A DNA stretch of 38,628 nt from Catajapyx aquilonaris (GCA_000934665.2 KZ538956.1:1-38628); one strand, 5' to 3'; positions 1-11,099 are shown, numbered from the stretch's first letter. Numbers and translations are program-made. The notes: generated by a model not told the origin, from the letters alone.

Positions 1-1688
1 ACCACAGTTATGAACCTATGCGCAATATGGGTAACGTACCCCAAGTTTCCTGCAGTTAGGCATGTTACAATTCACATAACTATGCCGTACACCTTAGTGC
101 GAGGCCATGTCCTATAGCTTTCACGACATTCCGACATGCTGGTGACCAACATTGCCACCTTTCCTTGACGTTACTCATCGAAGGCTACTTTTTGCACCAG
201 CCCAGGTCTATACACCCCTCTCTGGTACTCAGCCAAAGGTGTAGCAGTGATCTACACGTCATGGTGGTGTGTCGGTTGCCGTATTTCCAGAAAAATTGGG
301 TGACGCAATTGCGAATGGAGGCTGGCCTTATGGCCCGAGTCCAAGAGGAGACGGAGTTCGAAAGTAGGCGTCCGTTGCACTGGTTCGGGGCCAGTTCGAT
401 CGAAGGGTGAAAGCTGCTCAGCTTTTCCGCCTCTCCCTCACAAGTCCCCAGCCTGCTGGTCCCCCTGCCCACCCTGCCTTTCCCTCTCTCCTCAACACCT
501 GTCTGCGCGATCAGAATTTGCCAAAAATGTGCTCATTTTCAGCATCCGGGCTCTGTTCCCAGGTGCTACTCTAAAGTAGAGCAACATATTCGTCAAACGT
601 ATCAAACCTGTACCGATGATGTGATTCCGGATTGATTTTTATGCGCCAGACTATTGCCCTACATGTCATTGGGTTTCCCCCACCCCCTCGCATTCATTTA
701 AAAGAACTGTTCATTGCCAAACTGGAATCCGGACATTTTTAAAGAGAAGGTCGCGAAAAGGTGTGCTGCTGGTGTTGGGGACCCCGAAATTATTTTCTTA
801 CGAAAATCCCCACCCTATCAGGAGCGGTAAAAGGGCTGGCCCAAATTCTTGCTCATATGACCGTTTGGGCCGATTGGAGGACATGACCTTGTCAGACAGG
901 CAAAAACCGGCCACATCCACTGTTAGGAGAAACCTAGAAGAACAAAAACAATTATTCTCTAACCGTGTCCAATGTAGGGGTGGGTGTGGCGGCATTTCTG
1001 AACACCCCCATTGTCATTAAATAAGAAATTAATTTTATTCGCACGCTCGACGAGGGTCGGGTGCATGAAAATAGCCAGGGAGTGATCATTTCCACAGATA
1101 CGAGCGAAGAAAATCGTGTCAACAATGAAGTCATCTGTTGATCAGTTTTGCCTGGAACTTCGAGCAGCCTTCAAAGTGTTTCTGTTGCATATTGTGTACT
1201 ACTCTTGGCCATGACATTCCAACAAACCTTCGAATGTAGCCGATGGGTCTAGATATTTAAGGTGTTGTTCTTACTAACGTGCCAGTTGTGATTTACAGCG
1301 CATGTCAACAAGGAATGATAAGCCAAAGAAATTCGAGAGTTTTATTAAAAACTGACGTCACTGTGTATTCTATTACGAGCGACAACCTATACAGAGTAAT
1401 GACTTGTAAAATTCCAAAAACGATGGTTGAGTCAGCAAATAAATTCTCCAGTCTTAAAATACCGTATTACCCGCCACATACGACCTTTGTACATAAATAT
1501 TCGTTGCAGTCTTTGGATATTATTAGCTTCATGCGACTGGATTTTAATTTTAAACCCTCTAATCATATTTCTGTAAAGTATACTCCATCATCCATTGCTT
1601 GTCGGAATATGTTAGTGTCTTCTATTACAGTACTTTGGTTTTTGATATGTGCTCCATCTTTATGAGTAGAGCTCCCAATGTTCCTGTA

Positions 1689-1901
1689 CAGGGTGTTTCA
1701 ACATTTTTGTCCGAACAGTTATCGGAAATATTGCACTATAAGCTGCTACTTTGTAAGCAGTGACTTGCAACCGGTTTGTCGGAGGAATGGGGAATATTCC
1801 CTGCGAATCTTAGGTTGAAGAGGCATACACTGCTTACAAAGTAGCAGCTTATAGTGCAATATTTCCGATAACTGTTCGGACAAAAAAGTTGAAACACCCT
1901 G
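1689..1901. mobile_element. Tc1/mariner-type MITE (palindromic, TA TSD)
   Basis: TA|CAGGGTGTTTCAAC...GTTGAAACACCCTG|TA. Near-perfect terminal inverted repeats of ~75 bp, TA on both sides, no coding capacity. Confidence 0.9.
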
Positions 1902-4593
1902 TATAATGGAGAAATAATCTTGTAGGATCGCGTAGGATTCGCTTGGCCATCCGCAGAAAATGGTGGGTTGTAAAGTGTCTTTCGCGTCTTGTGCGAGTAT
2001 GCCTTCCGTTTACCGTGATTACAGAGTGTAAATTGCCCCGACCGGAACGTAATATACACTACTAACATCCCTGACACGCTAAACACTCTGATGGCTTGTC
2101 TTCTTGTGTGTTCCCGTTCTTGCCATGACATGTCGCTTGTTTGTTCATTGTCACTTGGAGCGGCCAGATCATTATTTTAGTCAGGTTGGGTCTGGCCTGT
2201 CCTACCGGTACGTGCAGCCCACGAAAGCTAGCGGTGGGTATAAGGTTGAAAAACGTAACTACTTGGAGATGCTGAGCAGGGCGGGGCTTAGGTGGGAAGC
2301 GACAAAGAAGGAAATACAAAGCATGACATTGACTTGAAAGAATGAGGGCATACCATCAGTAGTCCCTGCCGGTAAGGGTTTTTTTTCCATTCGAGAGACA
2401 TGGTATCAATATGTCTTTAACCTTATCAATATGCAAATAAACTTTTTTGGGGGGAAACTTGCTCTTCATTTATTTATCATAACCTGAATGTTGATGTCAT
2501 TTTAGGGCATTTTAACTGACATGCTTTTGACATAGTGTAGGTACTAAGACGGAATTTTAATTAGCTTAAGAGTTTTGACCCAATTCGGTATTTTGGGCAT
2601 TTCGATTTAAAAATTTAGAACAGCGATTAGAAAAAAAGTCATAAATACTGTACTCTACACCTTAAATTCGAGTTCAGACCTACTGAAAGCCGCACCTTCG
2701 TAACATTAAGAACACCTGCATGTAGTTTGTATCAGGTGGAAATAAAAATGTAACCAACCAATCCTGACGTTATCTTTCTTGTTTCGGTGATGGATTGGGC
2801 AGGTCAAGAAAACCAGAACAGGAATTTACGAGTGTTGCTAATGCTCAGTTTCGTGCGGACTACCGCGTTTACTTGATTTGAATAACGATCAGAAATTATC
2901 CTAGGGACATAATCTTGATGATTATATTACACCAGGTAGTCTGCGCAAGGTATCTGGTTACTGTATAATAAATTATACAGTGTAACACCACAAGTAGGCC
3001 TACTTGTACTTTCTGGTGTTTTTAAAAATTGCTAGGTGACGCAAATTTTTGGCATTGGCTTAGTCATACGTGTACATGGATATGTTTAGACTCTAGTTAA
3101 TTCACTACCGATTTAATTTGTATTTGAGGAAATGGAAAGACATTTGAGAGATATAAATACTGGTAACCCTATACACTGCATCGTGTCATTTTGATTTACT
3201 GGGCTTCTTTTTATTCAGGTTTGAAAGGTCATGTTGACATACAAGTGTATATAGGCAACCTATAAGAATGAAAAGTTGAAGTGATGAATATATTCACTTC
3301 TACTTTATCCTTGACTTTTGAGTAACATTTTGAGATATATCCATTTCGTGTGCCACGTGGAAGTTTCCGGCTGCTGAGCTTGTCAAGGGTATCAGGGGAT
3401 TAACTTCTTATTCGTATACATCGTATTTATGCAATATTCAAAGTTAATCAGGAGGAGAGGATTGAAACGATTTCATTTTAATGCTCATATGCATAATAAA
3501 TAACAAAGATGCGTATATGGGCAGATTATAGCTTCATCCAGAGAATGGTAGGCTACTGACTTTACAATTAGCAACAATGCCAGCAATGTAAGCCCTACCA
3601 TTTTTTATCTTTGTCCAAAATTTTGTTTCATAAGAATGAGGGAAGCACCTGGATTTTGATTGTTATTGTACAGGTACGGTATATTTGGTTTTTAACCAAA
3701 TATACACTATCCTACTGCATAATTATCGACTACTCTTATAGACTTTTAAATTTTTATGTGTCATTCACGGCAAATCCTTTGTGTGCATAATAGTACCGAC
3801 AAAAAATGAGGTCTGTACCGTGAGAAGCGGGAACAATTCCCGAGACGATTCACGATGGTCGTGCAAATAAGGGATGTCATGAAAGGAGAGCATTTCGTGT
3901 CGAAGAGTACCTTACGTTGCGCCCACATTGATTCCGAAACGCTAATTTAACTAACTGGCCTAGTGTCGATTAAGCCAGGCGTCATATTCCAGTATCAGTC
4001 GGTTGAAAATTTCTCAGCAGGTGGACTTTCCTGTTGGTTCGCATCGCCTGGCACGAATTTGCGAGTGTGGGATGATAGTCAAGCCAGACAAGGGAACAGG
4101 ATCCGAACAGGATCTTTTTCATTCAATTTGGGTCATCTCTTGGGAGCCTAATAAAGCAAGCGAGTCTTTGGGTCGGATGGCTGGGCCTTCTTCCTGGCCA
4201 CTCGGGGCAAGGTGATCTGCTTCCCAAGAAAAAAAAAAAATCTTAACCCTGAGAATCTGCCCCCTTCCACTGTACTGCACATGGGACGGCTGTGTAATAC
4301 GTCTTCCTCGGAAGGATAAGACTTCCCTTCCGAATTATTGTACTGTACCTTCATTGTTTCAACCACTTCTTGAGGCGGTGTTTGCATGCTCTGTGGTTCG
4401 ATGGGAATGATTTACAGGTGTTTATGCTGCATAAGCTCCTTTCCTTTTCCGTGGAGGCCACAAGTTTGATTTCTCTTGCAACCTGTATACTAGTAATGGG
4501 ATACTGGGTGTGGTGTACTCACAACTGGTACGGCATGAAACGAAGGCATAATGAGGAGGCTAGTTGTTGTCCCCGTAGCTCAGTGGAGGCAAA

Positions 4594-4830
4594 GTCCCCG
4601 TAGCTCAGTGGTAGAGTGCTCATTGCAACGAGAAGGTGAGAGCCTTCTTAGCGTGGTGAGAAGTCCCGGGTTCGAATCCTGGCGGGGGCGGGCACTTTCC
4701 ACTGAGGGACTCCGCTGGCTACCTCAAGCCATGAGTCCGGTCTCCCTCGGACCCTACGGCCAGCTCTGTCTGGTTCTCCTCGTCTCATCAAGAGACGAGA
4801 AGAAGGACATCCGTGCCTCCTCCTCCTCTA
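4594..4830 (+). mobile_element. tRNA-derived SINE (tRNA-like head 4594-4690)
   Basis: Acceptor stem GTCCCCG/CGGGGGC, A box TAGCTCAGTGGTAGAG, B box GGTTCGAATCC. The anticodon loop is enlarged and non-canonical. A GC-rich body follows and ends in (CCT)n; the 3' boundary is approximate. Confidence 0.7.
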
Positions 4831-5160
4831 AATGCAAGACAATGATTGCTGTTTATCCCGATTTTATTTGTTCCTAGTTTTCTACAGAGCAAACGGTGCA
4901 GACACCACCAGGAAGTGGCTCTTAGTGCAAAATGGACAGAAAAGTTTCTTTTCCTGACCACACACGCGTGCCAAGTGCTAACCCACGTGCAGTGTATCCC
5001 CCTTGAAAGATTCCCAGACGCAGAGAACAGTCTTGCTCCGAGTCTTCACGTGCTGGATGACGCCGAGTGCGAGCTCCTTTCATGACCTTTTCATCTTCTC
5101 TTGCCCTTTTCGTTTAGTTACTGTGCAAGTAACAATTCTGAATAGGCGAGCGTAAACTGC

Positions 5161-5256
5161 TTACAGGAATGTGGCATGCTGTGGCAAATGATCTCTGAGA
5201 AAGTTGTTCAGAAAGTTCAGAATTGTTCGAGCCGATGATCTCAGTGGTTCAGGTGT
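5161..5256 (-). CDS. PHD-bromodomain protein, exon 4 (terminal): TPEPLRSSARTILNFLNNFLRDHLPQHATFL*
   Basis: Acceptor tcctttacag| at 5257, phase 0, after a 61-nt intron. Amphipathic helix resembling bromodomain helix C. TAA at 5163-5161. Confidence 0.75.
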   Translation of the reverse strand, partial: TPEPLRSSARTILNFLNNFLRDHLPQHATFL

Positions 5257-5317
5257 CTGTAAAGGACAATGATAGAGTAAATCAATCAGTGATTGCTGAT
5301 GAGTCAGGTACCTATAC

Positions 5318-5437
5318 CTTGTTCATGGCTGTAACCTGAAGTGTATAGTTCACGTCTGCCAGGAATTCTCCCAGGCTGCTATACCAGTTGTTATGTAGCA
5401 TGTTCTCGAGTTGCCACATGGTTAAGGGCATCGCATC
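5318..5437 (-). CDS. PHD-bromodomain protein, exon 3: DAMPLTMWQLENMLHNNWYSSLGEFLADVNYTLQVTAMNK
   Basis: Acceptor ttttaattcaag| and donor AAG|gtatag; 120 nt, phase 0-0. Matches the bromodomain helix A/B pattern P-x-x-L...L..N.Y.S..EF.AD. Confidence 0.85.
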
Positions 5438-6299
5438 CTTGAATTAAAATGTTATAAGAACTCACAATTTTGATTGCTATACTGTATCAACACCTAATCA
5501 GTAACGCGTAAAGGTTCAGTGGAATGTCCTGTGAACTTTGGCTATAGTTTTGAATATAAGTTGCCATATTATTAATGAGCGTGTTCCATTGAACACTCAG
5601 GCTGTTGGCTGAACCTTCACTGAACATTCGTGAGTTTGTGTGGTACCAAGCGAATAACAAAATTAATGTATCGAGATGCCCTTCTGACGACTATTACTGT
5701 ATAAGTACGTATATAGCTTACGTATAGTATAAATGTTCACATATTCATGCAAAGTTGCTTTTCTTCATATACAACGATTTCTTAAAACAGGCTTTAGAAA
5801 CGAGACTGAATGCAGTGAACTGGTCTGGCACAAAATGTTTTTCTCATTACAGTATATTACAGTATAGGCACTGAAGGTATTGAGAACACAGTGAAACATA
5901 AAATATTGATATGCCATTTGACCCACTACAAAATGTATAATATATTATTATTCCATAGGCCTACTCGGGCCTACTCATCAGACTGGGGAAAATTTTTGTC
6001 TAGCTGTGCACACGTGCAGAAAGGTGTTACAGTACCGTATAATGGCCTTGGTTATCTTGCATAATTAATTCCGGTTGAGCCGATGCATTTTACGAGCAGT
6101 GGTCACATCCGTGAATGTAAGGGAACACTTATTTAGAAGCTCAAGTGTATTAAGAGACTTCATACAAGTGGAATCGGCGTTACGTATCACTGCATTCACA
6201 ATTTTACAGGAATACACCATGGGCTACTAAACAAATCTACTGAAGTAAGTGCAGAACTGTGTGGTATCATTGAATTGTGAGATAATATTTGATCATTAC

Positions 6300-6534
6300 C
6301 GAGAATGTATCTATGCCGTACCACAATGGGCGGCTGATAGTCTTGAGGAAGTAGATTTCCATCAAGATTTTGTGTGCCAGAAGGAGGTCAGCGGGGGGCA
6401 TTTGTTGGCCGGGACCCTCATCTTCATCATCATCTTGCACAAAAACGACTCGTCCATTATCAGTGTTTTCTTCCTCGGGATATGCGTTGATGATTTCTTG
6501 CACGGTGGTGCAGTGCAGACACTTCCAGTTTACT
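6300..6534 (-). CDS. PHD-bromodomain protein, exon 2 (end of PHD VNWKCLHC, acidic linker, bromodomain helix Z)
   Basis: Acceptor ttattatttgcag| at 6535 and donor TCG|gtaatg at 6299; 235 nt, phase 2-0. PPADLLLAHKILMEIY resembles TIF1/Bonus helix Z. Confidence 0.85.
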
Positions 6535-6538
6535 CTGC

Positions 6539-6539
6539 A

Positions 6540-6613
<74 letters not shown>
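6539..6613. repeat. (AAT)n microsatellite inside the PHD-splitting intron
   Basis: Perfect AAT run of about 25 units. Confidence 0.95.
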
Positions 6614-6772
6614 GTTTTGCAATACTGCCCTTCCCTCCCTCAAGACACAAAACGACGAATATATCAGTGGTGCATCGCTATGTTATTATCAGACACTCAT
6701 ATCCGTTGCGACTGGAATCCGGGAATATGGTTAGACTCAGGCTGGAAGATGTCAGAGATTGAAAAGACCTAC

Positions 6773-7142
6773 CCAAATATATCATCCTGGCTTCTGGGCA
6801 GATGACAATAGCCGTGGTAGCTGTTGTAGCAATGGGAGCATGTGCCGAGTATATCACCAGGAAACCCGCACATATAGCATACCGTCTGCTGTTGTAAGGG
6901 TTGCCGATAGTCAGGCGGTCCCCACTCCTGTGCAACTCTGGCTTCAAATGATCCAGCCCTGTAAATGCTACTTCCGTAGGTTACATGTTGCTCGACGAAC
7001 TGTGCCTGAGATGTCTCAGCCATTGAGACTTGGACAGCCTGAGGATATCTTGGAGCAAAAGCAAATGGGCTATAATCCTGGGTAAAGTGGCGACCTGCAT
7101 TGTAGTCATTGACCAGCGGATATGTGTTGAACATGCGGTACA
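6773..7142 (-). CDS. PHD-bromodomain protein, exon 1 of those visible (low-complexity N-terminal part plus most of the PHD finger)
   Basis: Acceptor ttttttcgcag| at 7143, first in-frame ATG at 7134, donor GG|gtaggt at 6772. Splicing to 6534 gives CYMC-x9-CSHC-x4-H-x2-C-HLP-x11-W-x-CLHC-type C4HC3 PHD finger (CYMCGFPGDILGTCSHCYNSYHGYCHLPRSQDDIFGVNWKCLHC). Confidence 0.85.
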
Positions 7143-7559
7143 CTGCGAAAAAATTGACACATTAGTACTTATATACATTCTTAAGGTAACGATTCAGCCA
7201 AAAACAGTTCGTGAAAAATCCGCTAGTTGGGCTCTGGTTGGTTTGAAAAAGGGATTGTAAAAAGGGTAAAATGAGACCCTCTCCTTCCTAGGGATGGTTG
7301 GGTGAGCAGACGACCTTCTGGGGAGGGAAGGGCCACAGGGCGAGTGTTGCGGATTAGTCACAGGGTGATAGATAAGGTTTGTTTTGAAAGCACAAATGAA
7401 TGAATTAAGTAGCTGCAGACCTGAAGGAATCGATATGTTACAGTCATTTTAGACTTCATGCAACATTTTTCCGTAGTTATTAATTTGATTCTCAATCAAT
7501 CTCAAGATCATCGAAATAATTCTCTGAAAAAGGGCTGATTTCCCGCTCGGCCAAAATTT

Positions 7560-7745
7560 TGGAATACGAAAGGGTAGGAGAAGGAATGGGAGAAACAATC
7601 CGAAAAACTGGTATAAACTTTGAATAGAAGAAGAATTGGTTTTTGTGGTGAGAGTCACAAGCATATGATAGATGGGGGAAAGAGTGGCAAGTGGAAGAAA
7701 AGGTTTTATTTGACCCTTTTCATCATGGAGGGGAAGGACTAGCGG
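7560..7745. repeat. Dispersed repeat, copy 1 (copy 2 at 8801-8986)
   Basis: Shared blocks GAAAGGGTA..GGAGAAGGAATGGGAGAAA.AATCCGAAAAACTGGTATA, GCAAGTGGAAGAAAA.GTTTTATTTGACCCTTT and GGAAGGACTAGC. Confidence 0.85.
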
Positions 7746-8157
7746 ACTAGCCTCAGTGAACTATTAGCAAGCACACAGCCGGGGACAAACATATACTGTA
7801 TATTTACTTTCATATATGTGGTATTTTCACATCTGGAGCAATATGTGAGAAGTAATTATGCTCAAAATGTTAGTAATCATAACTTCATAGCGAGGGTGCA
7901 GGGAAATGCCAAGTGACATTCAGATTATTTTTTGCCAATGTCTGATTCAGGATAACTTTGGGTTGAACTGTCTTTATGTCGGCAAAATACGATTTTTCAG
8001 TTCACCATAAAGTGTCCCATGTGCATGGAATGTTCATTTCCAGCGGAAACCGGAAGGTGAAAAATTAAAACGAAAGAGTTGTAAAAAATAGATTATGGTT
8101 TATTATCACATTGATGTGTGTATACGGTGGTGTTTGCAAAGAAAATTAATCAAACTT

Positions 8158-8415
8158 ATATATGAAGACCTCGGGGGAAGAACGATCAACATCCACTTTT
8201 TGTCAAAAATGAGTTGCATATCTCAGAAGATAGTTTCACTAGAATAGAATATGATGGTTTGGGCATGGTAGTGGAGTAATGATCATATGGCAGTATGCAA
8301 AGCACCGAAAGTGGGATTTACAATGGAACCTTATGGGCCTTTGAAATTTAAAATTGGAATATCTCAGTTTCACCTGAGGTGGACCTTGATCCCCCCCAGG
8401 TCTTCGATCATATAT
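8158..8415. mobile_element. Degenerate inverted-repeat element (old MITE)
   Basis: ATATGAAGACCTCGGGG..GATCAACATCCAC at ~8158-8197 is an imperfect inverted copy of GTGGACCTTGATCCCCCCCAGGTCTTCGATCATAT at ~8379-8413. Termini are unclear. Confidence 0.4.
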
Positions 8416-8800
8416 ATACTGAAATATACTACATGTCACACACGAAAATTGATAACTGATTATAAAATGCGGGTAAGAATTATTATAATTAATAAATTAA
8501 TACTCTTCATATGGTTTCATTGTTATTTGGACAAAAGTGTTCACATTGCACTTCTGATGAATAGTGGTACTTTTGTGTAAAAATGCAAATGAAATATTGT
8601 AGCAAACTTGACAAAATGGCCTTACAAAAAGCAGATGTACCATTGTAATAACATCATAGGGGTAGTACAGTATTAGTAATGTAATGTAACTACATTATTA
8701 CTAACTGACAAATATTTTCCTGGCAACGAATGGCCCCTCTCTAGTACCAGTATCTAAAAACAAGGAATTCTTGATCTAGCACAAATATTAGAACGTGTCT

Positions 8801-8986
8801 TGGAACACGAAAGGGTATAGGAGAAGGAATGGGAGAAATAATCCGAAAAACTGGTATAGAGTTTGAATAGAAGAATGGTTGATATGCATATGGTTAAACA
8901 TGGGGTGGAGGGATGCGCGGCAAGTGGAAGAAAATGTTTTATTTGACCCTTTCCCTGGTGGGGGTGGGGGGGGGGGAAGGACTAGC
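8801..8986. repeat. Dispersed repeat, copy 2, abutting a SINE insertion
   Basis: Collinear similarity to 7560-7745. Confidence 0.85.
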
Positions 8987-8999
8987 CCCAGGGTGTTAT

Positions 9000-9349
9000 A
9001 ATAATAATAATCATTGTGGGTAATGCTTTCACCCCTTACGGGGTATATCGCATAAACCTTTATTTTATTTTCAATTTTTTTTCTTCTTTTAACTTCCACT
9101 CCGGTGCGGTGCAAGGAATCAAGGAAATTGGGTAAGGATAGGGATTTTCGGGGAGGGGACACGAGTGCAAGTGCAATGTCGTTAAATGGGTCATGTGCAG
9201 TCCCCCAGGAGGTTAGGTTGCCAGACACCTCCAAGGTGCAGGTCAGAGACCCTCCTGACGCAGGTGAAAGGAAGTTCCCCAGGCGGGGATCGAACCTGGG
9301 GCCTTTCACTCAGCAAGCCGAGACGTTACCATCTCGGCCACCCCCAGGG
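9000..9349 (-). mobile_element. tRNA-derived SINE with 14-bp TSD and (TTA)n tail
   Basis: Minus-strand A box GGTGGCCGAGATGGTAACG and B box GGTTCGATCCC. (ATA)n at 9000-9011. Direct repeat CCCCAGGGTGTTAT at 8986-8999 and 9342-9355. Confidence 0.85.
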
Positions 9350-10089
9350 TGTTATTAGCAACCACAGTAGAAGGGTAAAGTGGGAGGGAGGGGAGAGTAA
9401 AAGGGCACAACTCCACCAGATGTCACTGTCTGTCGAACTGACCAAACATTTCCGATAAGTATTTAAAAAATTACTGTGACTTTAATACTCTTCATTTATT
9501 ATTTCTGGATGGTGCCCCAGCAAGATAGTGGATTTCCACAAAACATGGGAAAATTTTGTTCAATAATCTCTACACGCAGAGCTAAATACATGCGGAATTA
9601 TCTGACGCCATTATGTAATTTAACATCCTTGTATTAGACATATAAGCTTATTAAATAAAATAAATAAATATAATATTGTTCCATATCTTTCGTCGCTTCT
9701 TATATATTTTCTTGGAAAATTAATTCCAGTATTCAACTTGTAAAAACATTTCATCTTAGTTAGCTAGGAATTTGGTTTTTATTTTTTAATAATTATAATA
9801 GCTTGAAATATGTTACAATTTCTGTACCCAACATCAAGGACAGCTTTCTTGACAAAAAGCCACTGTCGTGACTTTGTTTTCATAAATAGTTCAGCCGTGA
9901 CCGTATGGAAACATTTATTTTATAGCTGACGTAGTGGCAGGTTTAATCATGGTAAAGGAGTAGATTTTAAAACCAAACCTGTAGGGCACACTCTGAAGAA
10001 GTGATGATAACGCTATCTGTCATTATTAAAGAGATAAATTGAACTGTTGATTTTAGGCGACCTATGGAAATTGGACTAGACCGGGGTTT

Positions 10090-10380
10090 CAGCTGAATCG
10101 CAACCTTAAAATTGGGATAATATTCTTGATGGTGTCAGGGATTACAATGTCATCCGAGAAGGTTGGTTGACTGGGAAAGCCAAAGAAACGTAGGATAGGG
10201 TGGGAGGGGAAGGGAGATTTTTGGAGTGTGGGAGGAAGCGGGCGAACCCCCAAAAAACGCACTCTAACATGGAGAGAACCTCTTGAAAATAATTCCACAT
10301 GAGAATCCGCGGCCCGACCCGGGGATCTAACGTGGGATCTCCGAGGTGGAAGTCTGACGTTACCCACTACACCACCGTAC
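10090..10380 (-). mobile_element. Degenerate tRNA-derived SINE with V/Meta-like central domain
   Basis: Minus-strand A-box-like GGTGGTAGTGGGTAACG and a degenerate B box, then TGTGGAA..GTTCTCTCCATGTT..GCG..GGGTTCGCCCGCTTCCTCCCACACTCCAAAAA, resembling the V-SINE domain as I recall it. Confidence 0.55.
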
Positions 10381-10549
10381 TGTATATTGACTACAACAGG
10401 TGGCCTTTATTAGTAACGTACTGTACTAATCAAGTTACAATAGGTTTATATGGACACATTAATACAGTAGAGTACAAAGTGTGAAGGCGCAATGTGGCGA
10501 TAAGAGTTAGGCACGTAAAACCGGCAGTAATCGGCGCCATTAGTTACTA

Positions 10550-10640
10550 CTAGCAGGTTACCCAGCGTTTCCCGAGTAGGTTATGGTGGTAGGCCTACAT
10601 CTATAAATGAGGATGTTTGTGGGTGTGTTTGTTCGCTACA
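10550..10640. mobile_element. Helitron terminal fragments (3' end on minus at 10550-10580; 5' TC end on plus from 10600)
   Basis: Minus strand reads CTCGGGAAACGCTGGGTAACCTGCTAG|T, resembling the 3' end of the element at 16133-16435. Plus strand reads A|TCTATAAAT...TTTGTGGGTGTGTTTG. Confidence 0.5.
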
Positions 10641-10971
10641 GAAATCCAGGAGAATGCCCCTACACCGCCTTAAAATTGCCCTCATGGATCATTGTGTAGT
10701 TATTGAAAGCAATAAGCCAAAGTTTTTCATTACCTGTAAATTGGTAAATCTGGTGTCACGACAATTCAATATATTCTGGAACTTCTCACTTTTTGAGTTT
10801 CCTTGGAAATGCTCACAAACAAAAACAGTATAGTTAACAGTCCCCATTCTTGTCTTCAAAATATCACGAATTACTCTGTACTCTGTGGTGAGGACATCTC
10901 CATGGAAATTTGAAATGTGGCAATATTGTTAACGAGCGCAGTGAGTGGAGTTACTGATGTTGTGGGAGTTA

Positions 10972-11099
10972 GGGCCGGTTTCGCCAAGACCGGTTTATGA
11001 TAAAACCGCGGTTCTTTCGGAAAATCCCTATACATATTTGTATGGATTTTCCGAAAGAACCGAGGTTTTATGATAAACTGGTCTTGGGGAAACCGGCTC
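10972..11099. mobile_element. PIF/Harbinger-type (Tourist-like) MITE
   Basis: TTA|GGGCCGGTTTC...GAAACCGGCTC, almost fully palindromic. Same family as 11762, 22969 and 23098. Confidence 0.85.

Noticed and set aside
1140..1680. Possible decayed transposon ORF
   Set aside because: No diagnostic motif recognised on either strand.
2184..2371. Possible plus-strand exon (cag|GTTGGG...CCG|gtaagg)
   Set aside because: The longest frame stops at 2337, it has no recognisable product and it cannot be linked to the giant gene.
4594..4690. Functional tRNA gene (Leu-CAA or Cys-GCA reading)
   Set aside because: No canonical U33 or 7-nt loop register, no long variable arm for Leu, and a SINE-like body follows.
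6249..6762. Poly-Asn and poly-Ile ORFs (also at 15839-16191)
   Set aside because: Artefacts of (AAT)n microsatellites.
6840..6885. CYMCGFPGDILGTC as a retroelement Gag CCHC zinc knuckle
   Set aside because: It lacks the His and is better explained as the first half of a spliced PHD finger.
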